In this document: piece after piece, positions 26,074 to 35,208 of the stretch
How the letters are laid out: every line of letters begins with the position of its first letter
Numbering within the stretch: the first letter of the stretch is position 1
IMG/VR virus record: IMGVR_UViG_3300045988_146045
Span: 1 to 45,884 of that record
Source: a virus
Length of the DNA stretch: 45,884 bases
Reading direction: 5' to 3' (one strand)
Notes under the pieces: generated by a model
The model's input: the letters and a program-made list of their open reading frames with translations, nothing else
The model's database searches: none
What the model was told of the DNA's origin: nothing
Position numbers and translations under genes: made by a program

Positions 26074-26655
26074 ATGGATTTAAAAAAGCATTTAGGCAAA
26101 AAATACAAAGATAACATGACTTTTGAAGAAATTCAGGAAGCATTAGCGGATTTACCTGAACCTGATTCAGTTGTAGATAAAGAAGAATACGACAAAATGA
26201 AAAAGCTGAAGGATGAAGCAAGCAAAGAAGCGAGTTCTTGGAAGAAGAAATATAATTCTACGCTAAGTGAAAAAGAGCAGTTAGAGATTGCTCAAAATGA
26301 GGCGAATGAAGAATTACAGAATAACTATGATGCATTGTTAAGAAAAACAACTATTGCCGAAAGGAAAGCTGAATTAGTTGAATTAGGTTACGATACTAAG
26401 CTGGCTCAGGAAACAGCTGAAGCAATGGTTGATGGAGATTTCACAAAAGTTATTGCTAATCAAAGTAAATTTGCCGAATCAGTTAAAAAGAACACAACTG
26501 ATGAATTATTAAAGAACACAAAAACACCTGAAGGTGGAGGCAGTGAGGAAGGTATGACAAAAGAGCAGTTTAATAAGTTATCGATTTCAGAAAAACAAAA
26601 CCTATTCAACACTGATCCTGACACCTTCAAACAATTTGCAAATGGAGGAGAATAA
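26074..26655 (+). CDS. Scaffolding protein (acidic, coiled-coil rich)
   Basis: Position between portal and capsid genes; charged helical composition. Confidence 0.55.
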   Translation: MDLKKHLGKKYKDNMTFEEIQEALADLPEPDSVVDKEEYDKMKKLKDEASKEASSWKKKYNSTLSEKEQLEIAQNEANEELQNNYDALLRKTTIAERKAELVELGYDTKLAQETAEAMVDGDFTKVIANQSKFAESVKKNTTDELLKNTKTPEGGGSEEGMTKEQFNKLSISEKQNLFNTDPDTFKQFANGGE

Positions 26656-26658
26656 AAT

Positions 26659-27477
26659 ATGTCAGAATTAAATCACACACATCAAAAATACGATAATTTC
26701 GTATTAGCGGTTGAATTTGAAAATCAGTATCAATCGAAATTAGACTTAATGAGATTTTGTACTGTTGATGATTCTTTGGTAGGTACACCTGGAATGAAGA
26801 AGAAAATCAATCGCTATTCAGCTACAGACGGTACTGAAGTGTTAACAATTGGGAAAGGTAATACCAAAAATATTGAAACAAAATTAACACAAGAAGAATA
26901 TGAAATTGAGTTACTACAAAATCGTTTTCCATACTATGATGAAGATGCTATGCAAGATCCTAATGTAATTACTACTGGGTTAAATCACATGGCTGTAGAT
27001 ATGTTTAATACAGCGAATAAAAAAGCGATGGCAGAATTCCAAAAAGCAACAGCAAAGGTTGAGGTTGAAAAATTTGATTTTGATGCATTCGTTGATGGTT
27101 CCGCATTGTTCCCTGAAAACGAACAAGAAGATATGGCGATTTTTGGATTAGTACATCCAAAAGATAAAGCAGAAATCAGAAAAAATCTTAAAGACGATTT
27201 AAAATACGTCGAAGATTATGCACGTGCTGGATATATTGGACATGTTGCTGGAGTTCCTTTATATAACTCTAATCATGCAACACAAGGTACAGTTATTTTA
27301 GCAACAAAAGAAGCTGTTAAATATTTCGTGAAAAAAGGAACTGAAATCGAACAAGAACGTTCTAGCGCTAACGAGCGTTTAACAACTGTATATTCTCGTA
27401 AGTACGGTATCTTTGCATTCGTAGACGATACTAAAGCAGTTAAATTAGAGAAAAAATCTACATCAGTATCAGGATAA
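26659..27477 (+). CDS. Major capsid protein
   Basis: Position after the scaffold gene; 272 aa; strong RBS GGAGGAGAATAAAAT. Confidence 0.6.
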   Translation: MSELNHTHQKYDNFVLAVEFENQYQSKLDLMRFCTVDDSLVGTPGMKKKINRYSATDGTEVLTIGKGNTKNIETKLTQEEYEIELLQNRFPYYDEDAMQDPNVITTGLNHMAVDMFNTANKKAMAEFQKATAKVEVEKFDFDAFVDGSALFPENEQEDMAIFGLVHPKDKAEIRKNLKDDLKYVEDYARAGYIGHVAGVPLYNSNHATQGTVILATKEAVKYFVKKGTEIEQERSSANERLTTVYSRKYGIFAFVDDTKAVKLEKKSTSVSG

Positions 27478-27490
27478 GAGGTGATTAAGA

Positions 27491-27811
27491 ATGACACAAA
27501 AAGAAATGCTTAAGAAGCTGGTGCCTGAGATTACTGATGATGATATCGAAGTGCTTTTGGAACTAAGCAAGGGTGTTATTCTTAATGCACGTTTCCCTAA
27601 TGGTGAGATTCCATTAAACAAGTTAGGAGAGACATATGTAGAAAATAGATACTTGCATTTACAAGTACAAATGTGTATTGAAATGTTCAACCGTAGGGGC
27701 AGTGAGGGTGAGACACAGCGTACTGAAAATGGAATTTCACGTACATATGATACTGCTGATATTTCGAAATCTTTAGTTGGGAAGATACTTCCTAAGTGTG
27801 AAATATTATGA
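27491..27811 (+). CDS. Head-tail connector / DNA-packaging adaptor (gp6/gp15-like)
   Basis: Size and position after the capsid gene. Confidence 0.45.
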   Translation: MTQKEMLKKLVPEITDDDIEVLLELSKGVILNARFPNGEIPLNKLGETYVENRYLHLQVQMCIEMFNRRGSEGETQRTENGISRTYDTADISKSLVGKILPKCEIL

Positions 27812-28170
27812 GAGATTTAGCAATCAATCAACAGATTATTTTCTACCAAAACTACGGTGTGGGTGAAACGGTTGATAAATACGGTAATCCGGTTAAAGGA
27901 TATGGAGATATTGAATCAATGCGTTTGTGTGTAAGTTCCAACAAAGGAGAACCTAACGAGGATATCTTTGGTAACGATCTAAAGTACGACAAGACAATGT
28001 CTACCCACAATTTGTCATGTACTATAGATGAATTTACACGGTTATGGATTGGAATTCCCAAAACCCAACCATACAATTACAAAGTTAAAGCAGTTGCTCC
28101 AAGCTACAGTTGTATAAAATACGCTATCGAAAAAGTCAACAAAAATGAAGATAAAAGTAAAACTGAGTGA
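27808..28170 (+). CDS. Head-tail joining / head closure protein
   Basis: Gene order. Confidence 0.4.
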   Translation: MRDLAINQQIIFYQNYGVGETVDKYGNPVKGYGDIESMRLCVSSNKGEPNEDIFGNDLKYDKTMSTHNLSCTIDEFTRLWIGIPKTQPYNYKVKAVAPSYSCIKYAIEKVNKNEDKSKTE

Positions 28171-28648
28171 TAAGGGTATTGATAAAGCATTGAAGCAGTT
28201 GGAGCAGTACAAACAAGATTTAAATAAAAAAGCTAACCATTTGGTACAACGATTAGCTGATGAAGGATATACAACAATTATTAATAAGATATTCGAATTT
28301 GATGCCATAGAAACTGGCGATATGTTAAGTTCTGTATCAAAAAAATCAAATAATTGTTATGCGATGTTATCTGTAGGGGATTGTGCTATGTTTGTAGAAT
28401 TTGGTACAGGTCCAAAAGGTGAGGAAAATCCATACATAGGTTATAGCATGGGGTGGAAATATAACACTGGAGATAACATTAAAGAATATGCAATAAATGG
28501 GGTAACAGTAACTGGGTGGTTTTATCCTGATGGAAGCGGTGGATATCGTTTTACAAGCGGTATGCCCTCACGTCCATTTATGTATGAAACTGCTATGGAA
28601 CTCCGTTATAACAAAATGGAAAAGATTATTAGGGAGGTGTTTAGATAA
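28145..28648 (+). CDS. HK97 gp10-like tail-attachment protein
   Basis: Motif FVEFGTGPKG typical of the HK97_gp10 family. Confidence 0.5.
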   Translation: MKIKVKLSDKGIDKALKQLEQYKQDLNKKANHLVQRLADEGYTTIINKIFEFDAIETGDMLSSVSKKSNNCYAMLSVGDCAMFVEFGTGPKGEENPYIGYSMGWKYNTGDNIKEYAINGVTVTGWFYPDGSGGYRFTSGMPSRPFMYETAMELRYNKMEKIIREVFR

Positions 28649-29037
28649 TGATAGATCACGAAAGTTATGTATTTGAAGTAGTCGCTTCAAAATTACGTGA
28701 AGAATATGGCATTGATAATATTTACATAACTGGTGAGGAAATATCTAATACACCTCCTAAGTTTCCAGCTGTCTGTATAATGCAGAGTGACAATATTATT
28801 AATACTGATTATTCAACTTTTAATGAAAATGAAAATGTCGCAATCGAAACTTACAAAATTGAAGTTGTAAGTATTGATAGTAAAGATGAATGCATGAAAA
28901 TAGTAGCTGTTATCAACGATGTATTGGTAAAGCATGGATATTTAAGAACATTCAATCAGCCGATAAAAAGTGCAGATAGTGATATATACAGAAGAATTGC
29001 AAGATTTAAAAAAGTAAATTCAATAGGAGGAAATTAA
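28648..29037 (+). CDS. Tail completion / tail terminator protein
   Basis: Gene order immediately before the major tail protein. Confidence 0.4.
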   Translation: MIDHESYVFEVVASKLREEYGIDNIYITGEEISNTPPKFPAVCIMQSDNIINTDYSTFNENENVAIETYKIEVVSIDSKDECMKIVAVINDVLVKHGYLRTFNQPIKSADSDIYRRIARFKKVNSIGGN

Positions 29038-29039
29038 AT

Positions 29040-29516
29040 ATGGGAGTTGCGTTAAATACTGCTGGTGTAACAGTTGGATATGCTGTAGAAGCTAGCGCTG
29101 GAGCTAGACCAACAACAAATTACATTGAAATTCCTGATATTAAGGAAGTACCTGAAATGAATCCTGAACCTGAAACATTGGAAACTACAGTTTTAAAGGA
29201 AACAGAGTACAAAACTTATATCGAAGGCTTAAAGGATTTAGGTGGTGCATTATCATTTTTGGCTAACTACACCGAAGAATTAAGTACTGCATGGGATACA
29301 CTGGTAAAAGCATATAAAACAGCCAGTGAATCAAACAAAGCAGTATGGTTTGAAATCAAACATCCAAGACTTGAAAAATCTGTTTACTTCACTGGACAAC
29401 CAAGTGCTATGGGGTTACCAGCAATGGCAGTTAACAGTGTATTGGAAACAAATTTATATATTACACCAACAAATGCGCCAGCATGGGAAACAAAATCAAC
29501 AACTGCGGAAGGTTAA
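29040..29516 (+). CDS. Major tail protein
   Basis: Position before the G/GT chaperone pair and the tape measure gene; 158 aa. Confidence 0.6.
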   Translation: MGVALNTAGVTVGYAVEASAGARPTTNYIEIPDIKEVPEMNPEPETLETTVLKETEYKTYIEGLKDLGGALSFLANYTEELSTAWDTLVKAYKTASESNKAVWFEIKHPRLEKSVYFTGQPSAMGLPAMAVNSVLETNLYITPTNAPAWETKSTTAEG

Positions 29517-29534
29517 TCCTTTCGTAGTTTAAAT

Positions 29535-29876
29535 ATGGAGGAAAATAATATGGCTAAAGTTATTAATTTTACTTATAAAGATAAGGATTACACATTGGAG
29601 TACACAAGAAAAACATTAGAAAAAATGGAAGCAGATGGAATTAATTTAACTGACTTGGATAAAAAACCAGTTACAATCTTACCTAAATTATTTGAATATG
29701 CTTTCTTTGCAAATCATAAACGCACATCAAAAGAATTGATTGAAGAAATGTTTGAATTGTTTACTGATAAAAATGAAATGTACAACAAATTAAGTGAGAT
29801 GGCAATGGAAACATTAAATACTTTATTTGAGGATAGTACAGAAAAAAACGCGATCAAGTGGACGGCGACATTTTAG
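29535..29876 (+). CDS. Tail assembly chaperone G
   Basis: Upstream of the tape measure gene; ends just after a slippery heptamer. Confidence 0.6.
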   Translation: MEENNMAKVINFTYKDKDYTLEYTRKTLEKMEADGINLTDLDKKPVTILPKLFEYAFFANHKRTSKELIEEMFELFTDKNEMYNKLSEMAMETLNTLFEDSTEKNAIKWTATF

Positions 29877-30241
29877 AAGAACCGTCCTCAAAAACATTTA
29901 CAGAAACGTTTTACGAAGTTTTTCCATTCTATTTAAGTATTGGAATGACATATGAGCAGTTTTGGGAAAACGACCCTTCACTTGCTAAATACTATCGAGA
30001 AGCTGATAAACTGCGCAATGAACGAAATAACACAGATGCATGGATTCAAGGAATGTACATATACGATGCTGTAAGTACAGTTGTATATAATGTGTGGTGC
30101 AGAGATAAAGGAAAATCACCAGCAAAATATACAGAGAAACCGTATCAGTTCAATGCAGTAAAAGCTAAAGAAGATTTAGTAGAAGAAGAATCGGCGAGAG
30201 CTGAAGTATGGATGAAAAATTTTGTAAATCGATTTAAATAA
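29535..30241 (+). CDS. Tail assembly chaperone G-T fusion, made by a programmed -1 ribosomal frameshift at A_AAA_AAC (29843-29849)
   Basis: The zero-frame codons gaa-aaa-aac form an X_XXY_YYZ heptamer. The -1 frame runs without a stop into the track ORF 29858..30241. Confidence 0.6.
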
Positions 30242-30289
30242 TGAGCCGACCGAGAGCCTTAAATTTTTTAAGGAAGGAGGTTATCTAAA

Positions 30290-33200
30290 ATGTCAATGGA
30301 AATAGACAAACTGAGCATTGAAATAGAGAGTAATGCCAGTAATGCTAGTGGAGAAATAGACAAATTAGCTGGTTCATTAGGAAATTTAAAAAATAATCTT
30401 AATGGTATAAGCAGTCTAAAAAGTCTGTCTACCACATTAAAAAATCTTAGTGCTGTAGCAAAGAGTATAAATACAGCACAGTTTGTACAGCTGGCTAACG
30501 GTATGGATAGGTTAGCTAGCAGTTTTACGGGCTTAAATGGATTTAAAACTGGTGCAACTGGCTTATTGAAACAGATTGCTGATATAAAAGTCATTGCTTC
30601 AGATTTAGGCGATACTAAGTTTGATAAGTTTACAGAAGATATTAACAAACTAAAAACCGCAATACAGCCGTTACAAGACTTAGGTAAGACGAATTTAGGA
30701 AGTTTCTTTAATCAGTTAAAAAAACTGCCTGAAATTTCAAAACAGCTGGATACAGTTGACTTTAACAAATTCTCTTCACAAATGAAACAGCTTGCAAATG
30801 CAATCAAACCGCTTAATGGTGTTTCTATTAAACTGGGAAGAGCATTTAGTAATTTACCATGGCACATAAAAAAAGCAACCACACAAATGGAAAGCTATTC
30901 AAGAAGTGCATCTAAAGCAAGCAAAACAAGCGGCAGCTTAATGAGTCGATTAGGTAAATCAGTAGCCAGTTTTAGAACTATGACATTCGTAATCCAAGGT
31001 GTCGTTGGTGCCTTAACGAGTGTTTTTGAAGAATCATCACAATATGTAGAAAACTTAAACCTATTCAATGTTGCAATGGGTGAAACAACTCAAAGCGCTT
31101 TAGACTTTGCAAACAAGGTTCAAGGAGCTATGGGGATTGATACCAGTGAATGGATGAGTTTTCAAGGTAGGTTAAATAACCTTATTACTGGTTTTGATGT
31201 AGCCAGTGACAAGGCACAGATCATGTCGCAAAACCTAACACAGTTAGCATACGATTATTCATCGTTAATGAATGTTGATCCTAGTGAATCGTTCGATAAG
31301 ATTAATTCGGCGATGAGTGGACAAATCAAAGGTCTTAAGGATTATGGTAACAACGTAAGTGTTGCAATGGTTAAACAGACTGGTTTGAAGTATGGACTTG
31401 AAGGCGCAGTATCTGAATGGGATCAAAACACTCAAGCAATCATGCGTTACATAACCATAATGAATAACGCGAGCAAAGTTGATGTATTCAATGATATGGC
31501 TCGTACAATCGCAACACCAGCAAATGCAGTTCGTATCTTAACACAACAGTTTACAATGCTAAAACGTGCAGTGGGGAATATTGCTAGTGTGTTCATAAGC
31601 AAACTTATTCCATATGTACAGATAGCAGTACAGTGGCTTACTGCTCTAGCGAATACGATAGCTAATTTCTTTGGGTTCGAATTGCCTAAAATCGATTACA
31701 GCGGTATTGCTGGCGGTGGAGGGGCTTTAGACGATGTAGAAGATAGCGCTAACGGTGCAAGCGATGCAGTAGGTGGAACAGCCGATAAAGTAAAAGAATT
31801 AAAGAAACAGTTAATGGGCTTTGATGAACTTAACATTATAAACAAACCTGATGACAGCAGTGATTCGGGAAGCGGAGGTTCAGGAGGAGCTGGTGGCGGA
31901 GGTTCAATAGGTGATATAGAACTGCCACAGTATGATTTTCTAAAAGGACTGGAAAATCAAACAAATGAAATGATGGAACGTTTGGCTAAAAAAATGGCTG
32001 AAATGTTCAAACCAGTTACTGACAGCTGGAACAAATACGGTAAGGGTGTACTTGATTCAATCGAGTATCAATGGACCGAAATCGGAAAACTGGTAGATAG
32101 TATTGGTGTAAGTTTCGGCACTGTTTGGCAAAATGGAACTGGTGAGGAAACTATGGATCATATTTTCAGCATCATAACCAACATTAATATTACAGTCGGT
32201 AATTTGGCTAAACAGTTCAGAACAGCATGGGATGAAGCTGGAAACGGTACACAAATAGTTCAAAACCTATGGGATTCATTTAATGTTTTCTTGGGATTGA
32301 TTGACGATATATCAAGAGATCTTGTTAAACTATCTGATACTTTGGATTTTAAACCAGCGGTAAAAAGTGTGGTAAACTTCACAGATGCGTTTAAAGATTT
32401 GAGCACCACTATTAGTAAACTGCTATATGGCGGATATAAAAATGTATTAGAGCCATTAGCTAAATGGAGTATTGAAAAAGCAGTGCCAAGTTTGGTCGAT
32501 AGTCTTTCTAAGGCTGTTAAAGGGCTGAGCAAGGTATTAGATGCATTAAGACCTACAATAAACATAATCGAAAAAGTAGCTACAGCCTTATTAAAAATGG
32601 CTGGAAACACTGTATTGAAAGCTATTGATTTATTGGCGAGCGCAGTAGACGGAATAGGTAGTATGTTTAAGAAATTTCCGGGATTGATGACTGGTGTAAC
32701 TACTGCTGTAGGCGCATTTATAACAGCGTGGAAGGTAGACCAGTTAGTTAGCACAAATACAAAAATAAATACAATAATCGCATCATTAAAACTAATTCCT
32801 AGCGCTGTAACTTCTGTTAAATCGGTTGGATTTACTCAAGCAATGAGCGACTGGGCTAGTGCAAGTTTTGGGGCGAGTAATGCTATATCATCATTAATTA
32901 GTTTTGGAAGTAAGTTAAATTCAATAGATGGTCCTCTTAAAGCGGTATCTTTAGGTTTTGGTTCTTTAGCAACAAAAGCAGAAAGTGCGTTTGGAGCATC
33001 AAATTTATTGAGCACTGGACTAACGTTTTTAGCTAGCAACCCATTAGTTGCGGTTGTTGGTGGTTTAACCGCAATATCAATTGCGTGTGTTGCTTTGATT
33101 GGTGATAGTAATAATTTGACACGTGAACAAGAGAAGCTGGTTGAAGAATCCAAAGAACTTGCTACTGAAAGTAAAAAATTAGCTAAAGCACAACAAGAGT

Positions 33201-34822
33201 TAAATAAAGCTGGTGAAGAAAACGCGAAAAGAGCTAATGAAAATGCTGAAAAAGCAATGATTTGGAAAAATGAATTATCTAAGTTAGTTGATGAAAATGG
33301 TCGCGTTAATGGAAGTATGGAATTGGCTAAGTATTATGTAGGTCAGTTAAATACAGAATTAGGTACAAACATTACAATTACCGATGGAGTTATTCAAAAT
33401 TATAAAGAAGAAATGAATGCGATTAATCAAACAGTAGAAGCACTCAAAAGAAAAGCGCTTATGCAAGCCTACGAAGAAGAATATATAAATGCAGTTAAAG
33501 AAGAAGCAACAGTTAAGCAAAACTTAGCAACAGCTCAAAACAATTATAACAATGCATATAGCGCGTGGGTAAGCAAAATGATAGAATATGGTGCCACTGC
33601 GGATGATATAAACAATAAAACACAAGCCTATTACAATGCTTTAAATCAAGTTAATTTAAAAAATAATGATTTAAATATAACGTTAGCTAGTACTAATGAT
33701 GCTTTAACTCAGGCTGAAAATGCATTTGTTGCAAATGTGGAAGCTCAAAACAATTATACTGCATCTGCACAAGCAACGAGTGGAACTATATCAAGTGTAA
33801 CAGCAAGTATTTGTGAACAGTACGGAAAAATGTCAACAGATGGATATTACACATACACTTCATTAGCTCAAGGATTGAATGATTTAGGTGACAAGTGTAA
33901 CGAAAATGGTGAGCGTTGGAAAATGTTGAGTGCTACTGAGCAACAAGCGAGTAAAGAAGCTAGAATTCAACTGCTTAATGATTTAGTGTTAAAAGCTACT
34001 GCTAGTGGTAAAACGTACGATGAAATGATAAGTACTGCTGAAAAGAAAGGCGCTAAATTAACCCAGACTGATAAAAATCACCTTAGAGAACAGTATGATG
34101 CATTGAAAAAAGCAAATGATGAAAGACTTGCAGAGTTAGATAGAACATATAATTTAACTGAATCTAAAAAAGTTATTTCAAACAGTAAATTAAAAAAGAA
34201 TGACAAAGAAACCTTGGCGGAGCTTACTGAACAATGGAGAAAATCAGGTAATGAACAAGGTTTAGGATTAATTAAAAATTTATCCGATCAACTAAGCAAG
34301 GACAAAGGTAAAGTAACGGATAAATCAAAAGAAATAATGAAAGATATAGAAAAACAAGCTAAAGATTCTAAACCTGAAGTCAAGGTCGATGTTAAGTCAC
34401 CCGCACAATCAAAATTGGATGAAATTAAATCAAGAATTGAAGGAGTAAAACCTAGTGTTACTATTAACCTAAAAGCTAATAAAAAAGGTATTAATATTAA
34501 CGGTCAAACATTTAAAATAGATATGTACGCCAACGGTGGTTTCCCTGATATGGGGCAAATGTTCGTCGCTAGGGAAGCTGGTCCAGAGTTAGTAGGACGC
34601 ATTGGTAAGAAAACAGCAGTTGCTAATAACGATCAAATTGTAAGTGCAGTAAGTGGTGGTGTTTACAACGCTATGCGTAGTGCTATGGCTGGTATGAGTG
34701 GTGGCGGTAAATTTGAGATTCATACAACTGTTGAAATAGATAAAAAAGCAGTTGGAAAATCAGTAGTGGACTATAACAATGGAATAGTTAAACAAACGGG
34801 TAAAAGTCCGTTGCTAATTTAA
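30290..34822 (+). CDS. Tail tape measure protein (1510 aa)
   Basis: Very long helical protein with a Gly-rich low-complexity segment, after G/GT; RBS AAGGAAGGAGG. Confidence 0.85.
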   Translation: MSMEIDKLSIEIESNASNASGEIDKLAGSLGNLKNNLNGISSLKSLSTTLKNLSAVAKSINTAQFVQLANGMDRLASSFTGLNGFKTGATGLLKQIADIKVIASDLGDTKFDKFTEDINKLKTAIQPLQDLGKTNLGSFFNQLKKLPEISKQLDTVDFNKFSSQMKQLANAIKPLNGVSIKLGRAFSNLPWHIKKATTQMESYSRSASKASKTSGSLMSRLGKSVASFRTMTFVIQGVVGALTSVFEESSQYVENLNLFNVAMGETTQSALDFANKVQGAMGIDTSEWMSFQGRLNNLITGFDVASDKAQIMSQNLTQLAYDYSSLMNVDPSESFDKINSAMSGQIKGLKDYGNNVSVAMVKQTGLKYGLEGAVSEWDQNTQAIMRYITIMNNASKVDVFNDMARTIATPANAVRILTQQFTMLKRAVGNIASVFISKLIPYVQIAVQWLTALANTIANFFGFELPKIDYSGIAGGGGALDDVEDSANGASDAVGGTADKVKELKKQLMGFDELNIINKPDDSSDSGSGGSGGAGGGGSIGDIELPQYDFLKGLENQTNEMMERLAKKMAEMFKPVTDSWNKYGKGVLDSIEYQWTEIGKLVDSIGVSFGTVWQNGTGEETMDHIFSIITNINITVGNLAKQFRTAWDEAGNGTQIVQNLWDSFNVFLGLIDDISRDLVKLSDTLDFKPAVKSVVNFTDAFKDLSTTISKLLYGGYKNVLEPLAKWSIEKAVPSLVDSLSKAVKGLSKVLDALRPTINIIEKVATALLKMAGNTVLKAIDLLASAVDGIGSMFKKFPGLMTGVTTAVGAFITAWKVDQLVSTNTKINTIIASLKLIPSAVTSVKSVGFTQAMSDWASASFGASNAISSLISFGSKLNSIDGPLKAVSLGFGSLATKAESAFGASNLLSTGLTFLASNPLVAVVGGLTAISIACVALIGDSNNLTREQEKLVEESKELATESKKLAKAQQELNKAGEENAKRANENAEKAMIWKNELSKLVDENGRVNGSMELAKYYVGQLNTELGTNITITDGVIQNYKEEMNAINQTVEALKRKALMQAYEEEYINAVKEEATVKQNLATAQNNYNNAYSAWVSKMIEYGATADDINNKTQAYYNALNQVNLKNNDLNITLASTNDALTQAENAFVANVEAQNNYTASAQATSGTISSVTASICEQYGKMSTDGYYTYTSLAQGLNDLGDKCNENGERWKMLSATEQQASKEARIQLLNDLVLKATASGKTYDEMISTAEKKGAKLTQTDKNHLREQYDALKKANDERLAELDRTYNLTESKKVISNSKLKKNDKETLAELTEQWRKSGNEQGLGLIKNLSDQLSKDKGKVTDKSKEIMKDIEKQAKDSKPEVKVDVKSPAQSKLDEIKSRIEGVKPSVTINLKANKKGININGQTFKIDMYANGGFPDMGQMFVAREAGPELVGRIGKKTAVANNDQIVSAVSGGVYNAMRSAMAGMSGGGKFEIHTTVEIDKKAVGKSVVDYNNGIVKQTGKSPLLI

Positions 34823-34835
34823 AGGAGGGATTGAA

Positions 34836-35201
34836 ATGGACGATGTTATTAAAATTAATGGAGTAGGTTTCAACCCTTCTTCATTAGAATTTCAAGTTTA
34901 TGATTTAGACGGTGAAGAAGGCTCAGGACGTAATCAAAACGGAGAAATGTTTAGAGATAGAAAAGCAGTTAAGCGAAAGGTTGTTTGTACATTTAACGGT
35001 CTTACAGATGCTATGGCTAGCAAATTACTTAAAGCAGTTGAACCAGTATTCTTTTCTTTAGAATATCCTGATCCAGTTGAAAACAAGCGTAAAACAATAA
35101 CGGCTTATGTTGGTGACAGAACTATGCCGATATTTAAATATGATGCGGTTAAAAAATGCTGGATATGGGAAACGATTAATTTAAATTTTATTGAAAGGTA
35201 G
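34836..35201 (+). CDS. Small tail protein after the tape measure gene (distal-tail position, 121 aa)
   Basis: Position only; too short for a canonical distal tail protein (Dit). Confidence 0.35.
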   Translation: MDDVIKINGVGFNPSSLEFQVYDLDGEEGSGRNQNGEMFRDRKAVKRKVVCTFNGLTDAMASKLLKAVEPVFFSLEYPDPVENKRKTITAYVGDRTMPIFKYDAVKKCWIWETINLNFIER

Positions 35202-35208
35202 AGATAGC

